Below are positions 47,350 to 60,354 of a stretch of 64,000 nt of DNA, one piece after another (the stretch's first letter is position 1; the number at the start of each line of letters is the position of its first letter). The notes below the pieces were generated by a model, which ran no database searches, was not told the origin of the DNA, and saw only the letters and a program-made list of their open reading frames with translations. The stretch is from contig JALMLS010000520.1 in assembly GCA_038496445.1 (NCBI GenBank), positions 62,001 through 126,000 of the forward strand, given 5' to 3'. The position numbers were made by a program, and so were the translations under genes. Origin of the DNA: Trichosphaerium sp. ATCC 40318. Its lineage: Eukaryota; Protista; Tubulinea.

Positions 47350-49700
47350 TGAGAGGTAGAAGTGTAAAGGAACTGTTTTATGACAGCAAGGAACTTGCAA
47401 TAGCTAACTCACGCTTTTTGAGCTAAGAACTATTTATGAGCATCTCAAAGCGGCAGTAAAGCCTCACTCACTTGAGTGCGCAATCCGAAATAATTTTCCC
47501 TAAAATACCAGTGACTACCAGTCAAGAACAGGAACTAAGTTCAGTTGGAGGAACTCGAGATGAACTCATAAATTGTACATTAAACAAGCACAACAACACT
47601 TCCAACATGACAGACAACAAGTATGGTCGACGTTTGAGTAATAAGATATGGGGCACAGACAAGGAATACAAAGACAACTCATGCTCTCGACACTTGGTCC
47701 ATAAAAAATGGCACGACATGCACGACACCCCACAGGATCGTAAGCGCAGTGATTATCACGAAAAGGCATTGAGGGATCAAAAATGCTACTTTTACAAACA
47801 CCCAGAGAAGAAGCCAGACGCTCAAAAGAAAAAATAATGGTAGCCTAATAACCCATGTGTAGTTTGAACACAGAATAAAACGCAAAGCGCAATATTAGCG
47901 AACACAGTTTAAGTTGTCTATCCCCTTTTGTAAGACGAGGAAACAACGATAAAATGACTCAAAACATACAAATATCGCCAGGACACTTTTTTGTTTTTCG
48001 GCTTGATGATGAAAATCAACCTTCTGTTTTTTTCTTATTTTTTCCCTGCTTTTACATGTTTACATATTTCAGATTTGATATGATAGACATACAATACGTA
48101 ATTACAAAAAACAAAAAACAAGTATTTCTTCACTGGGTCAACGAGACCAACTTTTCCATAAACAAAAAGTGTTAAATGAGGTTCTTGGTATCAGTGAATG
48201 ATTGAAAGCGCTTCAATATGATTGGTATTTTGTGTAACCAAGCACACATCTGATAGTAGTGCTAACATACAAATAAGCAAACAATGCAATGGTAGTCAAA
48301 CTGACCTGTGGCTACAACCAAAGTTGTAACAATGATTGGTCCCAAGGCAGACAAATAAATAATACTCCATAGCGACTCCTCTGTTTGTAAGGGTTTAGTC
48401 TAGAATAATTGCGAATGTAGATAACTTACTTTGTATTATTGTGGGTGAGATAGAACATTGTGTATCATTTCTATGTGGAGAAAAGCAAGAGGTACAAGAT
48501 TTACTTCCTCTATTTAATAATATCAGCAATCGGCTACAGAATCACATATGTTTGCAACGAATAGCACCAGGTGAGCAAAGCACATACTGTTCTGAGTACT
48601 CATGTAACATACAAGGGCTACATTCCATGTTTAGTTTAAAACGACCTTCTGTACCTACAAACGCAACTTGAAAACCAATGCTGACTACTTTCAATACCTG
48701 CTGGACAATCAAAACAATCACTAAGCCCACCTTCTGATGTCCTTCCAAATCCGCATGGCTTGCAATTTACTAATACATCAACTGGTTCCTCTCCATGTAT
48801 GCAACGACCTTTTTGACCATTAAACAAGGGAGTATGTTATTGTGGAAACATACTGTGAAGTTCAGGAGGAATGACTTGATTTCTCAAAATAATGGAAACT
48901 TTGGCAGGTCGGGCTGCATTAATAACTGTGCTATAGGGGTTTAATGGATTACCAGACTATTAAATGAATGCATTAGTAATTTAACAAAATATAGCCAAGA
49001 TATTTTGTTTGCTATCTAAAGGTAGTACCTGGATGACATTTATGGTATTGTTATTGAGAACCACTGTTGCTACATGACAAGAAATGGATAAAATGTTCCA
49101 TCTGTACTTTTTGTCAACAGTAAATGTATTGTCAGCCAAGTAAATTGTTGGTTTGTATCCCCCCAGCGCGACCCCAGCCTCTGCACTGAATGTACTGTTT
49201 CTTATGCTAACCCTTTGAGCTTGAGTGATACTTATTAAGAGTTCAGCGTAGCTATTTTCCATCAAGAACTGTTGCACTTTATACTGTTAATTTTGAATTT
49301 GTTAACACAAAAAGTATAAAAGTTGTACCATCAAACTCAGCATAACTAATGGAGCTACTATTCACGTTTGCACTCGAAACTAGTCCATTGCGAGTGAAGC
49401 AGTATTGTCTGATAGTGCTATCTATTATGCTCAATAATCCTCGTTTATGATGGAAATCGACAGATAACTTTGTTGTTGTAGCATTTTTCAACATGACACT
49501 AGTTTTTAAATCTCGAGCAGACCCCTTTGTGCTCAGGTTGAGTCGAAAAACATCGAAAGTTTCTAGTTGAAACTCGACACCTTAGTATTTGACAGGTTAG
49601 AGAAGGACAATCACATAAATATTAGCACCTATGAACCCAACAATGAACTTTGTGGACGAAACATTGAATTGCTATGTGAGTTGTAAAAATGAGATAATAT
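47350..49700 (-). pseudogene. Decayed surface-receptor gene: beta-helix-like region, Cys-rich (CxxCxxG) repeats, multi-TM tail
   Basis: CKPCGFGRTSEGGLSDCFDCPAG and CSPCMLHEYSE repeats plus a TM block with in-frame stops. Partial rearranged copies at 5107-5600 and 8320-8930. Confidence 0.55.
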
Positions 49701-50442
49701 TTAATTTAATGGGCGGTACCATATGGTTTAAAATAGGTCTATCTCGTTGACGAGGATCCCAGTACTCAGCTTTAAATATGAGACTCGCAAAGTTCTTGTA
49801 TTGTATCATGACACGGTCAGTTTGATAGAAAATTATGTTCCCTGTTTTACGTGAATACAGCAAAATAAAAAACACAGTGCGGTTTTTTTTACGCCGCGGA
49901 AACGTGTATTAGTACCTCCTACGCATACTACGTGACTTTCAGATGTTTCGTTGAGTGTGGCTCTTTCAATACTTCTGAAAGGCTTTTCTTTTGATCCGTC
50001 CGCCTATTTTAAGCATTTTAATGTAAAAACACGTGCCTATCGATATTTGTTTTTCAAAACAGTTACGTACAATCGAATCGTTTCCAAAATGAGCTACATA
50101 CACGCCGCACTCTGAGGTTAGTTAATAATAGTGGTTTACTAGCAATGTTGTACTAAATCTTCCGCAAATAGATGATGTACTGAAGCATATTAGACAAAAA
50201 AGTAACTTATGAAAAGTATGATGCATGCTGGAATGGAACAGAGCGAAAATAATTGGCTTAACAGTATTCGCGTAACCGAATTCAGATAAACTACGCTACG
50301 GTTGTTATTTTCGAGTTTTTTCTTACTGATACGATAACTTGTAGACTATTATCAAGCAACAAGGAGATGAACAAACACAAGTATTTATTCAAGTAAGTTT
50401 TTTTATCATAAAAGGGTGACGAGCACTGGTTTGGGAGCAATC

Positions 50443-50848
50443 TTAGCAACTTCCACATGCTGCTTCACTCCAGCAACACCATTTATCACTTCTGATACGG
50501 AAACATAATGGAGATCCTGGGTAGCAGTATGCAGTTGAACCTTGAAAAAACGAAAAGTAAGTACAACCAACATTCGGATACTGTTTTTTTCATTGTTCAC
50601 GTACATTGACCACGCTTTTCGCGACCGCGTTTACGCCATCCAGGAGGACACCATCCATTTGTGTCACAGGTTTCGCCACAGAGTAATGGCCCTTGCTAAA
50701 GAAATGGTGTGAACAAGAATTCTAGGAGGTGGTAAGAAGGGGTTACCTCAGTTGCTCTTTTAGCTCTTTCGTTGAGCTCATTAGATTGGACCGCCAAGGC
50801 GAAAGTTAAAGCCGCAAGTACAAAGACAATAAGAGTAGTAGGTTTCAT
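50443..50848 (-). CDS. Secreted Cys-rich peptide precursor, copy 2 (same protein as 6915-7331)
   Basis: Same three exons and splice sites; the coding differences I found are all synonymous. Confidence 0.85.
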
Positions 50849-51120
50849 CAGGGACGTTGAATTCGTGAGGTGTTGTTTACGTTGGATAGTTTTGAGTTTT
50901 GTGATATTTTTGAGAAGTGAATTAAATCACATTTATTCTTTAAGATTGCTGTTTCGCATAAATATCTCATACAGAAAAGTGTGATGCGGAAAACATGGTT
51001 AGAATATAGAAAGAACATAGAACGCGTAGTACTAAATATTTCAATGATACTCCGAATACTTCTCTTTACTCTTTGGCATGTATTTCGCGAAAAATTCCAA
51101 GTTTTTTGGTTTATGGTAAA

Positions 51121-51305
51121 TGTTATCTTTGAACTATGCAGTTTGCCAATGTGATTACTGAGTTTATGTTATATTGGTTACTGTAAACGTTGTATGCGAA
51201 CTTGTTTATACATTATGCCTGCGTACGAGCAGTAGGGAATATCTCCATACCAACGGCATAAGTATTACAGATTGATCACGACCCTTATGAGTTCTTAATA
51301 TAACA
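51121..51305. mobile_element. Candidate solo LTR or small insertion (185 bp)
   Basis: Missing from the paralogue near 7592; termini TGTTAT...ATAACA; no clear TSD. Confidence 0.35.
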
Positions 51306-53327
51306 ACCTAGTTCTTAGGATAACAATATATTGTGATCTTGTTTGTAAATGTATGTGATTCAACAGTGACGATTTAAAAGTAGGTAGGATAGCACAGTGC
51401 TTGATTATGTCTTGATTGTACCCACACCACAAAACCTGTGAAGTTTTTTGTTTTTTTAGTTAACCTCTCGTTCTACTCTCCTTTATATCCTATAGCAGTA
51501 AAAACAACCTGTGTAACTGCTCAAGGTATGATAATGTATAGACGGTGTTGTGACTTTATGCCTAAACAACAGAGACATCAGAGGGTCTACTAACAATGCA
51601 AACTCGCTGATTTGTATGATGATCTTACAAATAACTGCGAGCAGTACACTGTGCACAACACATAGCTCTCGTTTAAAGGTGTACAGTTGATAAAATAAAG
51701 GTAAATATAAGTACCAAGCGCACCAGGATAGAATCCGGAACCGCAAAGGAAAGGTACCAGAGATACCTTTCTGTATGATTGTTTACATAGGTTTCAAACG
51801 CCCATGAGCTCTAAACCACACCTTCTGAGCTGCGTTGATATGTGATTTAATCGGTCTGTCGTCTTTCTGAATGTTTACATAACAGCAGATGCATTACACA
51901 GCGAGAAAAGCAACACCTAAACAAGGAGCAAACAGACTGTGGAAACTACATTTTTACAATTTATTTGCTGGTATTAGAAAAACCAAACTACATAATGTGG
52001 AGCTCAACAAACCAAGAAGAGCTTACTCAAAGCTTGTAAATGACTATCAACTCATTCAAAGGAAGTTTGACAAGGTAGTGCAAATAAATGTCAGCTTTTG
52101 TAAGTTGTCGCTCAAATATAATGGCTCCTGTATATGTTACTGAAGGTGGTTGTGGATGCACCGATACCAATTGTGATGTATTCTACTTCATTGTAGGTGA
52201 GACCAAAGGTATTTTTAAGTGTACCTTAAATACATCTTCTTCGTCATCTCATGTCGAAGTTTGTTTCTTTGCTGAAAATCCTAATATCTGCGATGACCTT
52301 GCAGACAATGTGTTTGCTACTCATTTTATTTTTTTTTAAATTAGAAGATGATGTGAAATGAAAGATTTTCGTTGATTGTTGCGATTATAGTTTGGTCTTG
52401 TTCTATATTATCCTTACTGCTGGTAACAATCAAACTGTAAGCTACGAAATGGGATCTTCCTCTAACATGACTGTTGAACTGTTGTCTATGAGGTTGTTCA
52501 GTTATTACAGTTATAACATTGGATATTCGGGTTGGTTTCTCGTTCTGACTCAGAAAGGAGACAGGACATGAGATATATACTGTTGGACTTCCTTCCAAAG
52601 CGTTCCAACAATTGCTAACGATGGTCATCCAAGGCATATGGGATATATTAGTCCGTCAGCAAGTTTGTTCCGTTCTAAGGCTTTTGTAACGTTGTTTCGT
52701 AAGACATTTGGTATTGGGTCATTTCCCATTTACTAACAGTGCATATTGACTTGAGCTTGTCAAGCCAATCCTCAACACTAATCTATCACCGGTAAAGGCT
52801 ATGAGCGCTCCTTTAGGTACTGAAGGGTAATTGGGTTGTATAGCACTGGCATACATTTCTCTTACGCGTCTCCAAAAACTGGAACTGGGTTTTTAAATAC
52901 TGGCTTGAATAGCTCAATGGTGGCAATGATATCTCCTAACTGTTCTAACATACTTGTATCTCTCTACTAACTTCTACAGCACAGAAAACGGCTGTGATAA
53001 CTTAACTTGCAGCCAAATGTTATGATGCAATATAAAGTCAAAGCCTGGTTTATTAATAGGGTTTGACAATTACAAAAGGTACAAGCAGATAACATTATTG
53101 TGGGATATGGTTCAGTGAATGGCAATGAATATTAAGTAGTATAACTTAACTGAAAGCATCAACTTGTGACGTTGCAACCAAAAAAAAAAGTTGTTGACAT
53201 TAATTTTACAAACAGCAAGTATAATTTTTTTTTGGGGTTTCTTGTTACCAAATCTCAAAAAAAGACAAAGAAAATGCTGTGTAGTGTTGTATGAACTTAA
53301 AAACATAGGCTGACATTAGAGTTATAG

Positions 53328-53383
53328 GTGATGGTAAAATTGATTTTAGCGAATTTGTTGAGATGATGACATGCGCAGATTGA
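53328..53383 (+). pseudogene. Isolated last exon of a calmodulin/centrin-like EF-hand gene
   Basis: TTATAG acceptor, then (G)DGKIDFSEFVEMMTCAD*. No upstream EF-hand exons found. Confidence 0.55.
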
Positions 53384-54596
53384 TAAATAGAATCTCTAAA
53401 GTCAAAAGAAAAAAAAGGTGAAGAGAATCTTATGTTCTTTTCACACGTAAAGTTACAATTGTAATAGAGTTCGTAATAAACACGTGCTTGTTGCTTCTGT
53501 AATATCAGTGTTTGGATTCTGTTTGCCAAATTTCCATGGCAGTGCCGAAGTCTCACCCAAAAATATTCACAGATTAAAAACTAGCTCACATAATACACTA
53601 CTTTCGCTTTTGGTTGCGTTCAAGGAGATGGCAGTTCGAGTCGTCCTTGTGAACCTAGATGAATAGCAAACCACATACACGTTGTTAGCTCTGTTTAGCA
53701 GTTTGGTACAGTGGTTAACCAAACTGTCTTTTCCCTTTAATGTTGTGCTCACTGTACCATTGTACTTTGTGTTAGGTAATGTTACCAAAATACGCCTCTG
53801 GCTCGGCCAAATATTTTGTCCACAAAGTTGTACTAGTCCCTAATTCCGCAATTTTAAGTTTTATTACCTCCTGACGTCGTTACACCATTTAGCTAGGTAC
53901 TAGGAGCATAATTTAATCCAGACCTAAAACGAGTGTACAAAACGTATTGTACGCTGCTACCCACCCTGAGAGTTGTCTACAACATGTTACCCGTAACCCA
54001 CGTGATACAAAATTTAAGCCAAAAAAAGCCAAGGCGCTTAATGACGCCAACGAAACAAATGGTCGCCCTTACTTGAGGGACGCTTAAGAGCTGTTTTTAC
54101 TGTCTAGCGCGTTTTATTACGACTTTATGAAAATTATTAAGAGCCTAGTGCGTCCTAGTACTGCCTCTTAAGTTATATTTCTACGTAAGAAAAAGTGAAG
54201 TTCGGTGGCCGCAAATCAAATTTTTGCGGCCATGAAAGTTCGACTTTTATTTTTTTTAGCTGGTTTGTGTGCGAATACAGTTAGGCGTATTGGCTTCAAA
54301 AATGTCGCTGGCAGCAGCGAACGTTGGATGGGTTTTGGGATTTAATCCGCTTTCCTCCGAGAAGACGTTTCTTCTGGTGTCGTATTATAGTGTTTGCAGC
54401 ACCGCTAGAAGGTCGTTTGTAAGGATGCTACCTCGTAACGTCATCTGATAACAAAATGTCTTAAAAACTATCGCAAAGCGATATACAAGCACCCCTCGGC
54501 GGTTTTTATGAACTTGCGCAAACGGACGCACTAAGCGTACACAAATTAATGACGTGAGTCGCCGCATTTGTGAACAAAATCTCAGTTTCACTACAG

Positions 54597-57500
54597 ATGA
54601 GACAACTCATCCTCCTCGCTGTTCTTTTCGCCCTAGCCTATGCGGCCGGACGCGCTAGTTTTACTGCTACAGATGTAGTCGTTACCAACCGTCCTTTTAT
54701 AAATGTACGTACACGTAACTTCCCTTTTCTTCTGAAAGGCAGTTTTTCTGGAATTTGTTGTCTGTTCAGAAACGTACTACTCTTTCGAATGTCAGGGTCA
54801 ACTTGCTTTGGTTTTTACCCAACTGTGTACCTTACTTCTTTTGTAGGGTGTTCTAGAAGCCGAAGCTATGTACTATGATAAAAATAATGAACGTATCGCA
54901 TGGTAAGTTACTAAAGTAGTTTACGCTATTTGATTTTTCTTGCAAAGTAAAAAAAAAAATTTACCTCTTTTAAATTTACTTGGTTGGCACTTTGTTCCTA
55001 AAGTTCGAGAGATGCCCACTTTCTTCAATTTTGTGTTTTTGAAAGGTTGTGGGGTGTTGAGAGCGGTTGTGACAGTGCGGTTTTCGGAGTAATTATTACA
55101 AAATGGAAGAAAGCTTTTGGTTTTTTTTTCATTTGGATTTTTTCTTTTTTCCTTTTTTGTGTCTGACAATCGGTAGGACCTACACAGGCATTCAAGCTGG
55201 TTCTTTGAGTGAAGCATACATTTACGATGAGGTACGCTAGCTTACTTGTAAAAAAAATGAGGAAAAAAAAGTAAACACTTTTTTCACATTAAACTCACAA
55301 AATCCACGAAACGGCGACTTTTTCTTCTCTATTTTTGTGAAAACAATTAATTGGGATCGTTTAGAATCTTCGCTTGCGTAAGTGTTCAGATGCTTGCGAA
55401 GCCTTCGGTGAGGACAGAAGCGTACCAGATCTAGTATCTACAGGTGGTACTACCGCCGCACGCGATGGTTGCCAAACATGTTTTAACGAAAACCCAACTA
55501 ATGCCAATGGGCAAGTCGATACCTTGTGTTTCAACGGTAACGACATCTGTCTGTACGTATAATAATTATACTCTCATTTTGAGCGTCAAAAAGAAATACG
55601 CGTCCAAATTTTTTTTAAATCACGTGATAATTTCAAAAACCACGTGAAATATCAAAAATCGGGCGATATTTTTTTTTTGCTTCTTTTTGAAGCGATTTTC
55701 AGATTTTTAATTATCACGTGATAATTAGCTAACCAAGCGATTTTTAAGTGTTGAATTCTCAAGTGGAGAGACATGGAAATTTAACGGCGCTATCACAACA
55801 GGCTCTTTCCCTGATGACGCTTTCTTGGATTCTGTCGCTGAAAAAAAGTACGGAAAAACTTGCGGTGTTTTTTGATTATTTTCGAAATGAAAAATTACGA
55901 TAAATTATTGTTCCTCCTCTACACGTTTATTCTTATACCTCTTCTAGGAAGCTACCTGGTGGCGGTGGATGTACTGATGAGTGTTCTCAAGTATTCGATA
56001 TCGTCCTAGTATTGGATGAGTCTGGTTCTATTAATAACAATGAAGTACGTTTTCATAAGCGTTTATTATTATTTGTTGTTTTGTTTTGTTTCTAAATTTG
56101 TTGTAGTGGAATCAATTGAAGGCTTTCGCAGAAGATCTTGTCGAAGCTTTTGAAGTTGGTCCAACAGGCGCTAACTTTGGTACTGCCTTTTCCTTGGCTT
56201 TTACTTTTCTTACTTTTTTTTTAAAGCCATCAAACTTTACTCTACTGTTGGTCGTAATCTCTTGACCATGTCAGCCTCTAAGACATCTATCTTGAATCAG
56301 CTCAGAAGTACGCTTTTTAAAGAAACGCTTTGCACATATTTCTAACACGTGATTCTTTTAGGTATCACAAAAGTCAGTTCTTACACTTGCATTGGATGTG
56401 GTATTGAACTCGCTTACGAAGAGCTACAAACAAACAAGAGACCGGGTACACCTGGTATCATTGTAACACTGACTGATGGTTTTAACAACCGTCCATGTCA
56501 ATTGAGCGCTTGTGGTTGTAGTAGCCCATGTGCCAACGACTGTTGTCGTGGTCAAGGACCGTACGTGGTTTTAACAAAACAATTTTTTATTCCCGTAATT
56601 TTCTCTAACCGGCCTTTACAGTGTTTGGGGACCTGGCGGTACTGGAAGTTGTGATAACTGTGGTGGTCGCGATGAACTTATCGAATGGACTGACCGCGCA
56701 AGAGCCGCTGGATACAAGATGGTGTCCATTGGTGTTGGTGATAGCTTGTCTGAGGATGATCTCAGACTCTTTACTAGCGAATGGCCAGCTGATCACATCG
56801 CTGTAGCCGGTATGTACTTCCTTAAACCTATATGAGCTTCGCTCTAACTTGTTCTTGCAGATTTCGCCTCCCTTAACCAAAAACTCCAAGATATCCTCAC
56901 AGTTATCTGCCCAGTTAACACTGTTAACGACTGTGGTGCTTCTTGCAACGGATTCTGCCACTGTGGACAAGAATGTACTTGCCCTAGCACCTGTGAACCA
57001 ATAGATATGTGCCATACCGCTGAATGTGTTGCAAACGCTGGTTTCGGGTGTGTACAAAAGCCAATTACATGTAACGACAACAATGCTTGTACTAAGGATA
57101 CTTGCGACCCTGACAGTACGTTTTGCTCTTGTTCTTATTTTTTTCTCTTTATCACGTTTTCTAACGTTTGTATAGCCGGTTGTGTATTCACAGACATCCA
57201 GAGCCAATGTAATGATAACAGCGAATGTACTGATAACTCATGCGAACCTGCTGTTGGTGTACGTTTGCTCAAATTGTTTTGCCACTTCCTCACTTTTTTG
57301 ACTTTGTCTTAGTGTGTCATCAAAGATGTAACGTGTGATCCTGCCAACCAATGTCAAGAAACCAGTTGTAACCCAGCTACAGGATGTCAATCTACTACTA
57401 TTACTGATGCTGAATGCGAACGCCGTGCTGCAAGCGAGTTCCAAACTGTATGGGATTTTTTTAGGTTCACATGAACGAATATTGTTTCTTATTCTTGTTT

Positions 57501-59496
57501 TTTAGGCATGCTGGATCCATACTTGTGATGATGGTTGTAAACGTGAACGTGTAGATTGCTCTGGAACCGACAAATGTAAAATATACGACTGCGATCCTGT
57601 TACTGGTATGCGTCTTTGAAGAAAAAAAACCCCAAAGATTTAATTAACATTTTTAATCAAGGCTGTACGACAACAGATGTTGATTGCAATGAGGGAGATC
57701 CTTGCAAGGTTTACACTTGTGATCGTACGTTTTTAAATCATTGACAATATCACCCATACTTGAGAGACTAACATAGAATTATAGCTGCTGTGGGTTGTCA
57801 AGAAAGACCAAAGGACTGTGATGATGGTCTTTTCTGTACCACAGACACATGTAACGCAGTGACTGGTGTTTGCGAAAACGTCAATCGTATGTGCGATAAA
57901 TGCCAGATCGTAGGAACTGGTGCTGAAGTTGACTGTGATGCAGTATTCAGAGATGAGCTCGATGTACGAAAATCTTTATTGTTTTGTATGGTTATGATTA
58001 TTTAACCTCTTACACTCGTTCTTAGGCTAACAAGTGCCAAGCTACCTTCTGTGACGTTGATGGTTCTAGCGATATCCCTACAGAAAATTGCAGAATCAGA
58101 GATACTACTCCTGACTGTAACTCGTACGCACTCTTTCAGAATATTTAGTTCATTTTTTTTTTGTGTTGCTAACGTTTACCCACAGAAACTCCCAATGTAT
58201 CATTGATACATGTGACATAACCACTGGAGAGTGTGTTGCAACACCTAAAGTATGCGACAGCGGCAGTGCATGTATCATTGATGGTTGTAATCCGGATACT
58301 GGTTGTACAACTGAAGATGTTGTTTGTGATAAGAGAAACGAATGTGAAGTCGCCAGTTGTGACCCGTACGTGAACAGGCCTTGCATTCCTTTGTTTCTTG
58401 GTTTGAACAAGACTTTTACCTTTTGAAAATATTTGGTCACGTGACTTATACTTTCTTCTTTAGTGCCAGTGGATGTGTTTTCGAGAAACTTGATTGTAAC
58501 AAAACTGACAAGTGCTTGCTCTACTCTTGCGATAACTCTGTGGGTTGTCAAAATGAGACTAAGTGTCTTCCACCAAACAACTGTTTCGAAGCTCTTTGTG
58601 ACCCACTCACTGGAGAGTGCTCTTTCAGAAGCCTCTGCGATGATGGCAGCAAGTACGTTATAAAAAAAATGAAAAAAGTTTGACTTCGCAGTGACTAACC
58701 TCAATCTTTAGCTGTACCATCGATACATGTGACACCACAAACGATCCACTCGGTGTATGTGTAAACACTCCTATCAACGAAACTGAAGTATGTAACGATT
58801 TCAGCGGATGTACAAGAGATTATTGCGAGTGAGTATTTTATTCTTCACATTACGTTTCTTGAGTAACAAGAGCTTAACATACTATTTTAGCCCTACACTA
58901 GGATGTGTAAACGAGTACCAAGAATGTCCTAACTTCAACGTTACTATTCCATGTCAAACTGGCGCTATGTGTCACCCGTACGTATCATTTGAATGAAAAT
59001 GGATTTGAATGAAAAAAACCGCCAAGATTCTTCCTTCTCTGTACTAAATCGGTAACTCTAGAACTTTGGGATGTCGTATTGCCAACATTGAATGTACTCC
59101 TAAAGATAAATGTCATGTAGCTGACTGTGTCTTCTAGTACGTGTTCTTTTTTTTTTCTTTTTCTTCAGTTTTTTCAGAACTTTGCAACAACATCGTTACT
59201 TACTTTCTTTCAGCAACGCCACTGATACAAAAGCAGCAGAGAACGTCTGTGAACAAAGTTTCGTTGATTCAACAATCTGTGTTCTAGGTGATGCCGCTGT
59301 AACCGGTATTTCCATCGGTGCTGGTGTACTTGCTGTCATTATCATTGCTGTCATTGTTGCTCTTGTACTTGCTTCTTTGGCTGCTGCTAAGGCATTCCAA
59401 GTCCTTACTGCTGACGGTCTTGCCAGCGGTGGTGCTCAAACATCCCAAATCTTCAAACCTGATGGTGTCGAGGGAGAATCCCAAATCTTTGCTTAA
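54597..59496 (+). CDS. vWA + Cys-repeat type-I membrane protein, copy 2, multi-exon
   Basis: Near-identical exons to 13042-17734; same signal peptide, DESGS MIDAS motif, TM and tail. Confidence 0.9.
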
Positions 59497-59823
59497 ATTT
59501 TTCAAATGTGTTGAAAAGCAGCACAAAAAATCAGAAGAAAAGAAAAAAAGAAAGTTGTATTATCAAAGCAAACAAACAAAAGTCAATAAAAATGGTAGAG
59601 TTTTGCAAAAAATATTTGTCGCCATAGATTGTAAACTCATTTCAATGTGAACACGAGATTTACCAAATACTCACGCTTGTTGTTGGCGCGTTACTTTATG
59701 ACTTCGACTATTTGGATACGCTCAAACTTATTTCAAGATGCTGTTATGCTGAAGACTTTGACAAGTTCACTGATATCCTAAATAAGTGGTGCAAGAACTA
59801 ATCAAAAGCTGTTGAATTTTTAT

Positions 59824-60025
59824 TTGAAGTTTTTACGGCTAGTTACAAAGAGTATTCCTTCCCCTTGAACATCAGTGTCAATATCCACTATACTCATCTC
59901 ACCTTTTTTATTACATGTCTTGTGAGTACCAATTCTAAAACCAGCTGCATAAAAGCTAGGTCAGCAATCTGTCCGTTTTCATGCCACTCTACATAAACTC
60001 CATTCTTCCTATCCAATAGGTATGT
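59824..60025 (-). pseudogene. 3' fragment of the 9194-10598 MORN gene
   Basis: TYLLDRKNGVYVEWHENGQIAD followed by a frameshift relative to 10395-10598. Confidence 0.8.
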
Positions 60026-60354
60026 CGTCACGTGGTCTATTTTTTTGCTGGTCTCAAAACCACTTTTTATTACTTTCCACGTGTAGCAATAGCCAGCACT
60101 TAGGTAAAACATATTCTAACATAATTTTGTAGTTTGATCTGTCAGGCTCATATAAGTATATCGTATGTAGTAAATACCCTAAAAACATTCGCACTACAAT
60201 CTACAGCCTTTTTAAAGCTTGATAAGCCAGTTCCTGGTGTTGACAAAAAAGGCAAGTAAGAAAAAGACAATTTTGTACAAGTGTGTTTGCACGTGCGATT
60301 AATTGACAAAAGAATGCACTTTATTGCATTAAAGCACTAATTATTAGAGAATAC

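Larger units (their letters stand above)
53955..60145. repeat. Inverted segmental duplicate of 10395-20090 plus 20645-20760
   Basis: High-identity reverse-complement match including introns. Confidence 0.9.

Noticed and set aside
51480-53000. Short ORFs as genes or a retroelement
   Set aside because: The frames are riddled with stops and have no recognisable motifs.
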